A DNA stretch of 64,000 bases from the IMG/VR virus record IMGVR_UViG_3300037467_000627; one strand, written 5' to 3'. The translations under genes and the position numbers were made by a program. The DNA comes from a virus. Numbering within the stretch: the stretch's first letter is position 1; each line of letters starts with the position of its first letter. Below the pieces are notes generated by a model. The model searched no databases. It was not told the DNA's origin and saw only the letters and a program-made list of their open reading frames with translations. Shown in pieces: positions 40,840 to 49,960 of this stretch.

Positions 40840-40853
40840 GATTTCGACGCTAG

Positions 40854-41102
40854 TTAGACGACTTTGATCTCGTGGCGTAGGTGTCCGCGCCCGTCGATGA
40901 CCGACTTGTGGCCGATGCAGAGCACGCGATGGAACGAAGCAGCGGACTGAATGAGCCAGATGAAGTCGATTTCCTCTTGAACTCCTAGGCCAGATTCGCC
41001 CAACTTGCGCTCTTTCCCCTCCTCGCGCAGAAATGCGTTGAGTTTGCCATCGATGCGCTCGATGACGATTCTTGCGTCCTCACTTAGCGGTGTAGCAGTC
41101 AT
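40854..41102 (-). CDS. hypothetical protein
   Basis: The track ORF was trimmed to the ATG at 41102 (MTATPLSEDARIVIERIDGKLNAFL...). Confidence 0.55.
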   Translation of the reverse strand: MTATPLSEDARIVIERIDGKLNAFLREEGKERKLGESGLGVQEEIDFIWLIQSAASFHRVLCIGHKSVIDGRGHLRHEIKVV

Positions 41103-41109
41103 CAGCTTG

Positions 41110-41430
41110 TCACTTCCTGGTCCAGTACCCACACTGGCCGGTCGACGAGAACGTCTGGTTTTTGGACCCCGTGCCGAGGATGATCGACGGAGTTTGGTTC
41201 TTTCTGGAGTACTTTTGGCGCCAGATCAGGGTGCCGTTGATGTTCTTCATCGAGTACGTGCAGCCCGGTGAGGCGCTCTTTGCGTACCAGATTCCGTAGT
41301 ACGCGGGGGTGACTTTGCGATTACCTGAGCCCATGGACTCGGCCGACCCGACATCGTCGGGACAGCCAGTCAGGGCCACAGTTGAGGCGGCGACAGCGAG
41401 TACAGCTAGTACTTTTCGTGCAGAATTCAC
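41110..41430 (-). CDS. putative lipoprotein
   Basis: MNSARKVLAVLAVAASTVALTGC: signal peptide ending in the lipobox L-T-G-C. Confidence 0.7.
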   Translation of the reverse strand: MNSARKVLAVLAVAASTVALTGCPDDVGSAESMGSGNRKVTPAYYGIWYAKSASPGCTYSMKNINGTLIWRQKYSRKNQTPSIILGTGSKNQTFSSTGQCGYWTRK

Positions 41431-41876
41431 AGTGATGCAACCTTGTCAGCGAAGTGGACATGACCGATGATCTCGTTGGGAAGAATGCGGGACTCGGCTT
41501 CGGTGATGAGCTCGTCTAGAACCTCGTATCGTGCGTTGGCGGACTTGGCTTGCTGGCTGCGGACGGCCAGCCGATGGGCGCGGCGGCACAGCAGGCCACG
41601 ACAGCCTTGCATGTACCCTGCGCGCCTACCGTGCTGGCCGGAGAACTGAGGCTGGGCTACCTCGGCCATGAAGTGAGCGATGAGCTTGGTGATCAGCTCG
41701 GTCCGCGTGCCGTCTAGCACCGCGCCGAGGTCGCGCACTGGGCAGGGAGTGCCCGCGACGTCGGCAACGTGCATCTTCAGCTGGGCGTCCCAGTAGACCG
41801 GGCCGTGCTCCATGTACTCCAGGCACTGCTTCGTGAGATTGGTCGCTTCTTCGCCGACCGGGTAGGGGTTAACCAT
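41427..41876 (-). CDS. hypothetical protein
   Basis: The track ORF was trimmed to the ATG at 41876, which overlaps the primase-helicase stop by 8 nt. Confidence 0.6.
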   Translation of the reverse strand: MVNPYPVGEEATNLTKQCLEYMEHGPVYWDAQLKMHVADVAGTPCPVRDLGAVLDGTRTELITKLIAHFMAEVAQPQFSGQHGRRAGYMQGCRGLLCRRAHRLAVRSQQAKSANARYEVLDELITEAESRILPNEIIGHVHFADKVASL

Positions 41877-43974
41877 GCTGGACACTCCTGAGACGGACGG
41901 GGGGACGACCAGCCTTACCGGTCTGAACCTTGACTTCCTCGATGAATCCAGCCTTGATGAGCTCATTGATGGCCTCGTTGACCTGCTTGGTTCCGATGTT
42001 CTTGGTCTTCATCGCGTCATACAGCATCGAGCGGTTCGGGCCGAGTCCGTTGCCGAATTCAGCCTCCTTGCGCTTGATGTAGTTCAGCACACGATCGATG
42101 AACTCCTGCTGCTGCGACTTGCCGATCTGAGCGCCGACGAGCCTGAGATTCGCGAGGATGTAGGGGTGGAGCTTCTCGATGAACGCTACGTCGAGCTCGC
42201 TGACTTCGGTCGCGCGGCGGTTGATTGCGTGACACAGCATGAGCTTCTTGTAGTGGATCTCGAGGCGGGCGATCATGTCATCGTCGGACCGCTTGATCAT
42301 CAGATCGACCGGAGCGAAGAACTCCTTGAACGCCTGGCGACCCTCGGGGGTTACCTCGAGGATGACCGGGGCGTCTGTGGGGTTCTTCCTCTGCGAGGCA
42401 ATCGCGATCCCGCTGAGCGTATTGAGTGCCTGCTGCAGATTGATCGCCACTCCACCGAAGTAGTCGTCGCGCTGCTTGGTCGGCCCGGATACATACAGCC
42501 AGCGGTTGAGGTAGCCCGACGCCTGATCCTGGCTGTCGAGGAGCTTGCGGAGCGCCCTCGGCTGGCTGGAAGTGCTGAACGTGGCGAACGCATCGCGGGC
42601 AGCCTTGCGTCCGTGCGTCTGAGAGGAGTTGGTGATGATGTGACGCCCGTCGATGAAGTCCATGATCTTGGTCTTCAGCGTAGACCCTTGGATGGATGAC
42701 TTCGCCAGGATGGTCGACAGCTCCGAGAACTCGACGTAACCCTTGATTGGCCTGGGTGCGGCTACACCCTTGAGGGTTCCCTCGAACTCTCCGATCAGCG
42801 CTTCGCCGGACGCTACCTCGCCGACGTAGCGAGCTCCCTCAACCATCACGCCGATGTCATTCTCAGGCATCGCGTAGCCGATGGCCTTTGCGATGTAGTT
42901 CTGTGCGGTCGACTTACCCGAGCCCGTCTTGCCGAGGTAGCAGATCGGCAAGTTCGCCATGACCGGTCGGTCGCCACCCATCAACACATCCCTGCCCGCC
43001 GCCAGGCCAAGCAGGAGAAGCCCGCTAAACAGGTGATACTCCTCCGGACTGTAGTCGTGGCTCGTTGCGTCGCACCACTGATACAGGAAGGTGTCCTGGT
43101 AGTCCTTCAGAGCTTCCCGCCACGGAAAACTTGGAATGTTTGCGTCTGAGTCAAGTTCCGGGTCGTAGGCGTCGACTTCCGGATCGATGGAGATAACCTC
43201 CGCGAGAGGCTCATCAGGCTCCGGAGGTATGCCCGTTGCAAGCGGAACAAAGCCGAGCTGTGTGGGCGGCGGCACAAGATGCAGTGCTGGGGGTGTGGCC
43301 CCATCCTCCACCGGCTGCACGCCTGGAGAATCAGGCGCAACTGGCTGTACCGCACTGGGTCGCGGCGCGGGTTGCAAAACCGGAGGGGGTGGAACAGGTG
43401 TAGATACAACGACCGGCGGTACGAGGTCATACCCGCCTCCTACTTTCTCGTTGAACGAATAGCCCAGATCTTCGCCCATGGCGCGCCTGAGCTTGTGGAA
43501 CATGGCACCCTCTTTATATCCGGGCACCGGGAATCCGTGGTGGTATGCAGCGATGTCGTAACCATCGCCGCCCTCCTGGCAGCCTCCGCAGAACCAAGTA
43601 TTCTTCTCGGTATTCAGCCAGGCGGAAGGGTTAGCGTCCTTATGACTGGGCTTCGGACAGGACACCATGATCGACTCGGTGCGGCCGGACGAAACCTTTG
43701 GCTTCATCTTTCCGCACCACTTCGCGTACGCCTCGAGGATGCCGATTCCGTCGAGGATCCTGTCCAGCTCGATGTCCTCGTCTGTACGCGTGTGAGACGA
43801 GTCTGAGTCAGTGTCCGGAATGAGTGCAGGGTCAAACTGAGGTGTAGGCGGCGACGCCGGAGCTACAGCTTCTTGTTCAGCTGCGCGCTTGGCGTTCGCC
43901 GCCGCCTGAAGCTGACGAGCCCTCTCCAGAAGCGAGAGAGGCTGGTCAGTCACGGAATGGGTCTCCCATCTCAA
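41869..43974 (-). CDS. DNA primase zinc-finger / P-loop helicase fusion protein
   Basis: CPKPSHKDANPSAWL...WFCGGCQEGGD (CHC2-type zinc finger of DnaG-like primases). Walker A LGKTGSGKST about 330 aa downstream. 701 aa. Confidence 0.7.
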   Translation of the reverse strand: MRWETHSVTDQPLSLLERARQLQAAANAKRAAEQEAVAPASPPTPQFDPALIPDTDSDSSHTRTDEDIELDRILDGIGILEAYAKWCGKMKPKVSSGRTESIMVSCPKPSHKDANPSAWLNTEKNTWFCGGCQEGGDGYDIAAYHHGFPVPGYKEGAMFHKLRRAMGEDLGYSFNEKVGGGYDLVPPVVVSTPVPPPPVLQPAPRPSAVQPVAPDSPGVQPVEDGATPPALHLVPPPTQLGFVPLATGIPPEPDEPLAEVISIDPEVDAYDPELDSDANIPSFPWREALKDYQDTFLYQWCDATSHDYSPEEYHLFSGLLLLGLAAGRDVLMGGDRPVMANLPICYLGKTGSGKSTAQNYIAKAIGYAMPENDIGVMVEGARYVGEVASGEALIGEFEGTLKGVAAPRPIKGYVEFSELSTILAKSSIQGSTLKTKIMDFIDGRHIITNSSQTHGRKAARDAFATFSTSSQPRALRKLLDSQDQASGYLNRWLYVSGPTKQRDDYFGGVAINLQQALNTLSGIAIASQRKNPTDAPVILEVTPEGRQAFKEFFAPVDLMIKRSDDDMIARLEIHYKKLMLCHAINRRATEVSELDVAFIEKLHPYILANLRLVGAQIGKSQQQEFIDRVLNYIKRKEAEFGNGLGPNRSMLYDAMKTKNIGTKQVNEAINELIKAGFIEEVKVQTGKAGRPPVRLRSVQHG

Positions 43975-44773
43975 GAACCCGAGCCTGGTCGGCGTGAGGC
44001 CGAAGGTCGACAGGACGTCCCCCCATGTCGAGGAAGAAGGTCGGGTCTGTGGTCTTACGATTGCGGCCTAGCGGTAGACGCATGAGATTCCCCAGATCTT
44101 TCCCGTCGAGCGTGTCCTGCTTAGGGAACACCTCGATCTGGAAGTTCTTGTAGCCTGTAGTTGGCTCTTCGCTGACGTGCCTGTAGAAGTTGTCTCCGCG
44201 ACTCGGCGTGAATTCCCCGGTCGCCTGTAGTGCGATCTTTGCTACCTCTCTGACCTCGGCGGCGGGCATCTCGCCAGTGAAGCCGTAGACATGGATGCCC
44301 TTGCCGCCGGTGTAAGCCACGGCGCAGGGCAGCTGAAGGTCTCGCGTGATGACCTTGGCAAGCTTCGAGCCAAGCATCTTCATCTGGTACTTATACCAAT
44401 CCCGCGACGGATGACGCCGATCGCGCCACTCCTCGCGGGGATTACCCTTGTAGATCTGGAAGTTCTCGCCATGCTGGAACGAGATCCAGGTGCCTTCCTT
44501 CTCGAGATCGATATCGAAGGCGAACAACTTGCAAGTGCCCTCAGGGCTCAGCATGTAGTGGCCATAGGTCTTGTCTCCGGACAGGTGATCACGGAGGTGG
44601 GTCATCTTGAAACCCACTGGACCGTAGGGGGCGAGGCGATTCGTGCCTTTTTCTGCATCGATCTCTGCAAGGCGAGTGTCTGGGCAGTAGCTGCCGTCGT
44701 CGAACTGGATCGCCTTGACATCTCGCCGAACGATGAATTTCTTGGCGAGCTGAACAGCGAGATCTTCTGCCAT
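43946..44773 (-). CDS. archaeo-eukaryotic-type primase-polymerase (AEP / prim-pol)
   Basis: Start at the ATG at 44773 (AGGAG RBS). FAFDIDLE (DxD), YTGGKGIHVYGF (GxGxH), later MRLPLGRN, all typical of AEP catalytic motifs. Confidence 0.7.
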   Translation of the reverse strand: MAEDLAVQLAKKFIVRRDVKAIQFDDGSYCPDTRLAEIDAEKGTNRLAPYGPVGFKMTHLRDHLSGDKTYGHYMLSPEGTCKLFAFDIDLEKEGTWISFQHGENFQIYKGNPREEWRDRRHPSRDWYKYQMKMLGSKLAKVITRDLQLPCAVAYTGGKGIHVYGFTGEMPAAEVREVAKIALQATGEFTPSRGDNFYRHVSEEPTTGYKNFQIEVFPKQDTLDGKDLGNLMRLPLGRNRKTTDPTFFLDMGGRPVDLRPHADQARVLEMGDPFRD

Positions 44774-45076
44774 CTGTACTCCTGGGAAGAGGCGACCGAT
44801 ATTACATACAGCTGTTACAGTGGAAACATTAGCCGCACGGGCGTCTACGGTCAATCATAGGTGTTATCCTATGCTTGACTATCGGCGAGCTGGCTCGCTA
44901 CTCTGTGTGCACCTCCTTGTATCTGCGATCGGGCGACGGCAGATGAGGGCAGTAGGCGACGACCTGGCACCTGGTCTGGGAAGAACCGGTGTCGGGTCGT
45001 CGCTGCTTCTCCACGCGCGCCCGCGTCGTGTACCGTAGCTGCACGCCCGTAGCTACGAGAGATATCGGATACTTTC

Positions 45077-46414
45077 ATGGAGCGAGTCTGGTTTCGCGAA
45101 CCCGGCCGTATCGCCGGTGAGATTGGCGAGGTAGGTCATCTTTATGTGACCTGGGATCGTACTGATCTCAACAGGACGAAGACCGACCCTAAGGCGTTCG
45201 GCAACCTCCACTGGGGGCAGAGCTCCAAGTGGCAGGGCCTGGTTATCGGAGCTGGTAACGCTATCCACGTGGACGGCGAGCACGGCCTCGATGAACCTCG
45301 CGCCGTGTACCCGGTCTGGGAGTTCGGTGACAACTGGGAGATCCTCGAGGAGCTTGCCTCGAGTCCGATCGGGCAGGATGAGGAAGTCTGCTCTGATCCA
45401 GTGATTGATCAGGCTTATCGGCCTGTCTACGGCCAAGAGCACGTGATCGTCATCACCGGACTTCCCTCGTTTGGAACTGGCGTCGGCAAGTCGATCGTCC
45501 GTCGACTGGTCGAGTTCCAGAACGACTATCCCGAGTGCTGCGTCTTCATGGACGGGATGACCTCGTATAATGCACTGTTTGGGATGAACTTCCAGGCGTG
45601 CAACATCGACCCGCTGAATCTCGCCAAGAATGACGCCGTGATGCTCCCCTCCGGCCGACAGGCGAAGACACATTCTTTTCCGCAGCACTCGCAGTGGATT
45701 CACCTGCTCGGGTTCTCGCTGCCGGACCTGCGCGAGCAGGGTAAGCGCGTCAGATTCAACATTAAGTCAGCGCTCTGGGCTGCCGAGAACTATCAGAAGG
45801 ACATCGCCTTCAAGACGCGGCAGCCATCCCAGCCTGTCGATCCTAACGCCTTGGTTCACGTCCCGGAGCAGACGATACTGAGCGTTGGCGTCGGCCAGGA
45901 GGGCGACAAGGTTAACTGCGACACCTGCTCCCTGCAGCTCAGCTGCAAGGTATACAGGGAGGGTTCCGTGTGTAATCTCCCGAAGAGCGAGGGCAAGAAC
46001 CTCGCCAAGATGTTCGGCACTCGTGACGCAGATACGATCGTGGACGCCCTCGGCGTCCTGGTTGGCAAGCAGGCGGATCGAGTGCAGCGTGGAATGGCCC
46101 AGGAGGAGATCCTCGGGGAACTGGACCCGGAGGTCGGCAAGCAGCTGAACTCCACGATTGATAACGGGATCAAACTTGCGAAACTCATCGACCCATCGCG
46201 GGCCGGGGGCGCCAAGGTTCAGGTCAACGTCGGGCAAGGGTCGGCGGCGGAAATCAAGCTGGCTAACCCGCAAGTTGTCATGGGTCAAGTCATTCGTGAG
46301 ATCCAGCAGCAGACAGGAATCCCGGCATCGCAGATCACGCCAGACATGATCGCTAACCAGCTGCGGATGATGGCTGGCGGGCAGGACGTCGTGGCGGGAG
46401 AGATCATGCCATGA
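45077..46414 (+). CDS. hypothetical protein immediately upstream of the large terminase (possible small-terminase/packaging role)
   Basis: 445-aa ORF with good GC3. ATGA-coupled to the terminase gene. Near-Walker-A VITGLPSFGTGVGKS. No family recognised. Confidence 0.55.
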   Translation: MERVWFREPGRIAGEIGEVGHLYVTWDRTDLNRTKTDPKAFGNLHWGQSSKWQGLVIGAGNAIHVDGEHGLDEPRAVYPVWEFGDNWEILEELASSPIGQDEEVCSDPVIDQAYRPVYGQEHVIVITGLPSFGTGVGKSIVRRLVEFQNDYPECCVFMDGMTSYNALFGMNFQACNIDPLNLAKNDAVMLPSGRQAKTHSFPQHSQWIHLLGFSLPDLREQGKRVRFNIKSALWAAENYQKDIAFKTRQPSQPVDPNALVHVPEQTILSVGVGQEGDKVNCDTCSLQLSCKVYREGSVCNLPKSEGKNLAKMFGTRDADTIVDALGVLVGKQADRVQRGMAQEEILGELDPEVGKQLNSTIDNGIKLAKLIDPSRAGGAKVQVNVGQGSAAEIKLANPQVVMGQVIREIQQQTGIPASQITPDMIANQLRMMAGGQDVVAGEIMP

Positions 46415-48264
46415 GTAACCCGATGTTCAGTTACGACGACATCAAGAGGAACCTGGAGTTTATCCAGAAGTACCCTTGGTTCGCCGAGCGGCCCGCCAGT
46501 ATCATGGAGTTTCTCGGCCCTCAGTATCTGAACATCGAAAAGGGTGTGCGACCTGGCATCAAGGAAGAGCTACTGACGATCTTCGGCACCGAGCCGAACC
46601 CTAAGCGTGTCGCGCTGTTCGAAGAGGCGATGTTTACTGGTGCTATCGGCATCGGCAAGACGACCATGGCCTCGATCGTCATCCCTTACATGGTGCATCA
46701 CACCTTGTGCTTGGAAGATCCCCAAGACTTTTACGAGCTCCTGCCTGGGTCGCGTATCGCCTTTATGCAGATGTCCACGTCGGACTCGCAGGCCAAAGAG
46801 ACGCTCTTTGGTGACATCAAGGCCCGCATTCAGTACTCGCCGTGGTTCATGCAAGGCTGGATGTACGACAAGGATTACAAGAACCAGCTGCGATTCCCCA
46901 AGGAAGTCTGGGTCTTGCCTGGTAACAGTCAAGAAACGACTTTCGAGGGTTACAACATCCTCGGCGGCATCCTCGACGAGGCTGACTCGCACAAGGTGAC
47001 CGAGGAGAAGGATTACGCCGACCAGGGCTTTACGACGATCGACTCTCGTATTCGATCTCGCTTCCAGGATCGCGGCTTCCTGATGGTCGTCGGGCAGATG
47101 AAGAAGTCTGACGGCTTCGCTGCTCGCAAGTACAAGGACATGCAGAAGAAGGCGAAGGCCCACACCGTCAGGATGACGATCTGGGAGTCGCTGGGTTGGC
47201 AGAAGTTCACGCTGCCTGACGGTACTCGGGACAGCTTCTTCTACGACACGCACCGGAAGGTCGTCGTCCCGAGGGAGGCTGTGCCTCTTCTCAAGAACAC
47301 CGAATACTTGATCGAGATCCCTCGTGTCTATCAGGATCCATTTGAGAACGCGCCCGAGAAGGCACTCCGGGACCTGGCTGGCATTCCGCCTGCGATCGAT
47401 GATCCGTTCATCTCGCTCGTGGACCGCATCACTGCCGCTCAAGATAAGTGGGTTGAGATCTTTGGACAAGAGACGCCGGTTGACCGTGGACTTTACCGTC
47501 CTCAGTTCCATGACTGGTTCACCGCAAAAGACGGCCTTAAGCGCGCGCTTGCCATCGATACAGCTGTCTCCGATACTGGGGACGCCTTGGGTATGGCAAT
47601 GGGCCACGTTCGGGAAGTCGTTGACATCGATGGAGAGCTCAAGCCCTTCATCGTCTACGACTTTCTCATGCGGATTAAAGCCGCCCCCGGCACTGAGATC
47701 ATTCTCGCTGATGTCCGGCAGATCGTCTACCACCTCATCGATGACCTCAATTTCAAGATCAAGACGGTCACGATGGACGGCTTCCAGTCGACCGACACGC
47801 TCCAGCAGTTCCGCAAGAGGCGCATCAATGCCGACTACCTCTCGGTCGATCGCCAGAAGCTTCCGTACGAAGATCTCCGCGAGGCGATCTACGAGTTCCG
47901 TTGCGCCTTCCCGCGCTACATGGTGAACCTTATCAAGGGCGACAATGACGCAACCAACATTGCCTTCAAGGAGCTTTCCGAACTCCAGGATACTGGCAAA
48001 AAGATCGACCACCCGCCTTCGGGTAGTAAAGACGTTGCAGATGCGATGGCGGCTGTTGCGTACATGCTAATGGGTGACAGGAGCTTCCGGAAGGGAGTAA
48101 CGTCCATATCGTTCGCGCAACCAGACGAACAATCTCAACCAGTTGGCGCAGCTGGTCCGGGCGGTAACCTTCTGCATCCAGCCCTCGGCGGCTTCGGTAG
48201 CTTGACAGCTCCCGTCCCTCCATCGGCAGAGCTTGTCGGTTTCTTCCCTCTCCCGAAGCGCTAA
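46411..48264 (+). CDS. terminase large subunit
   Basis: Walker A FTGAIGIGKTT, Walker B ILGGILDEADS, C-terminal nuclease-like part (VTMDGFQSTD...DHPPSGSKDVADA). 617 aa, followed by the portal gene. Confidence 0.85.
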   Translation: MSNPMFSYDDIKRNLEFIQKYPWFAERPASIMEFLGPQYLNIEKGVRPGIKEELLTIFGTEPNPKRVALFEEAMFTGAIGIGKTTMASIVIPYMVHHTLCLEDPQDFYELLPGSRIAFMQMSTSDSQAKETLFGDIKARIQYSPWFMQGWMYDKDYKNQLRFPKEVWVLPGNSQETTFEGYNILGGILDEADSHKVTEEKDYADQGFTTIDSRIRSRFQDRGFLMVVGQMKKSDGFAARKYKDMQKKAKAHTVRMTIWESLGWQKFTLPDGTRDSFFYDTHRKVVVPREAVPLLKNTEYLIEIPRVYQDPFENAPEKALRDLAGIPPAIDDPFISLVDRITAAQDKWVEIFGQETPVDRGLYRPQFHDWFTAKDGLKRALAIDTAVSDTGDALGMAMGHVREVVDIDGELKPFIVYDFLMRIKAAPGTEIILADVRQIVYHLIDDLNFKIKTVTMDGFQSTDTLQQFRKRRINADYLSVDRQKLPYEDLREAIYEFRCAFPRYMVNLIKGDNDATNIAFKELSELQDTGKKIDHPPSGSKDVADAMAAVAYMLMGDRSFRKGVTSISFAQPDEQSQPVGAAGPGGNLLHPALGGFGSLTAPVPPSAELVGFFPLPKR

Positions 48265-48277
48265 GAAGGGAACAGAG

Positions 48278-49960
48278 GTGGGTATCGAGGTTTTCGGTAA
48301 GAATAACCAGCCTCTCGGGAACAGCGACAACCTGTTCAGGAAGGCTAAGCCGCCCACCATGGGCGAGAAGTACGGCAACTGGTCAGGCGACAATCACCTG
48401 ATCACGAACTTCCCCGGAGGCGGCGCTCTCGTTTTCAACCTGGATCGTCTGACGCTCCAGGACTTCCGGTCGATGCGCGATCACTACCAGATCAACGCGT
48501 CGCTGTCGGTACTCACGTTCATGCTGCACCAGCTGGACTGGCACCTCGAGTCCGAAGAGAAGAAGATCGCTTCGACTTGCGAGGACATCCTCCGTGACGT
48601 CTGGACGCGGCTGGTTCGCGCCAAGTCGCAGGCGTTCTGGGCGGGGCGCTCGCCCAACGTTCTCCAGTGGGAGAACAACGCGATCAAGGGGCGCGTTGAC
48701 CTCACGAAGATCAAGGACCTTTATCCAGAGGACTGCACGGTCAACTGGAAGAAAGTCGAGGGTGCGAAGAGCTCTGGAGGTGCAACTCAATGGATCAAGA
48801 TCTACGACGGGATTCGCCAGGTCGGCTGGACGGACCCGATCCCTGTCAAGGCGACGTACTGGTACCCGCTCCTGATGGAGAACGGGAACTACTACGGGAA
48901 GAAGATCCTTCGGAGTGCGTTCGTTCCATGGTTTTTTTCGAACCTGATGCATCTCTACTCGAACAGGTACTACGAGAGGTTCGGGGAGCCCCTCCCGGTG
49001 GGTCGAGCTCCATTCGACGAAGAGGTTGACATCGACGGCAAGAAGGTTCGCGGCAACATCATGATGGGGAACATTCTCCAGCAGATCCGCAACCGTGCCG
49101 CCGTCGTTCTCCCGAACCAGAAGACGCAGGTCGGCCTCAACGACTCGAACCCTGACTTCGACTACCAACTCGAGTATCTCGAGTCTCAGATGCGTGGCGT
49201 CGACTTTGACCGCTACATCACGCGTCTGGATGAGGAGATCACGCTTGGCCTGTTCACGCCGCTCCTGGTGACTCGCACCGCTGACGTTGGATCTTATAAT
49301 CTCGGCGTCGGGCACATGCAGACTTACCAGTGGATGCTGAACGCGATCGCCATGGACTGGACGGAGTACATCAACAAGTACATCCTCGGCCCGATGGTCG
49401 ACTTCAACTTTAGCGAGAAGGCTCCGCGCGCCAAGATCGTCTTCCGCAAGCTCGGCGCAGAGTCTGCTGACACTATTCGGGCGATCGTCACGGCACTGAT
49501 CGGCAACGGTTCGATCAAGCCTGACATCACCGAGCTCGGCGAGATGGCGGGCTTGACCCTCAAGGAGGTCCAGCAAGTAACCGAAGATCCGGCCGACCCT
49601 GCTGATTCCGGCCAGGATCCGGCCGACCGACGACGCAGCGGCCCGCGTGGCACCGACGAACCGCGCGCTACTGCCAAGGATGTGACCGCACGTGTCAGGA
49701 AGCAGGCTGAAAAGGCTTTCAAGGCCGGGACGTTCGGGCCTGGCCTCACGCTTAAGTTCGGCTACGAGCGCCAGCTTGAGCAGAGTCTCAGCGCTGTTGG
49801 CGTTGACGATGCAGCGAGCACCGTCCGAAAGCTGTATGACCGAGTCGGTGCGTGGTCTGCTGAGGTAGCTGAAGCCAGGATCTACAACTCGGCTGATGAC
49901 TTCATGAACGGCTTCGAGAAGGTATTGGATTACCAGCTCGAGGAACTGGCGGCGGCGTGA
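48278..49960 (+). CDS. portal protein
   Basis: 560 aa from the GTG at 48278 (GAAGGGA RBS, just past the terminase stop). Call rests on position and size between the terminase and the protease/scaffold. Confidence 0.7.
   Translation: MGIEVFGKNNQPLGNSDNLFRKAKPPTMGEKYGNWSGDNHLITNFPGGGALVFNLDRLTLQDFRSMRDHYQINASLSVLTFMLHQLDWHLESEEKKIASTCEDILRDVWTRLVRAKSQAFWAGRSPNVLQWENNAIKGRVDLTKIKDLYPEDCTVNWKKVEGAKSSGGATQWIKIYDGIRQVGWTDPIPVKATYWYPLLMENGNYYGKKILRSAFVPWFFSNLMHLYSNRYYERFGEPLPVGRAPFDEEVDIDGKKVRGNIMMGNILQQIRNRAAVVLPNQKTQVGLNDSNPDFDYQLEYLESQMRGVDFDRYITRLDEEITLGLFTPLLVTRTADVGSYNLGVGHMQTYQWMLNAIAMDWTEYINKYILGPMVDFNFSEKAPRAKIVFRKLGAESADTIRAIVTALIGNGSIKPDITELGEMAGLTLKEVQQVTEDPADPADSGQDPADRRRSGPRGTDEPRATAKDVTARVRKQAEKAFKAGTFGPGLTLKFGYERQLEQSLSAVGVDDAASTVRKLYDRVGAWSAEVAEARIYNSADDFMNGFEKVLDYQLEELAAA

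Noticed and set aside
45053-45703. 216-aa minus-strand ORF at the early/late boundary
   Set aside because: It is antisense to the 445-aa plus-strand gene, which has better codon bias and is coupled to the terminase. Its product looks like a shadow ORF.
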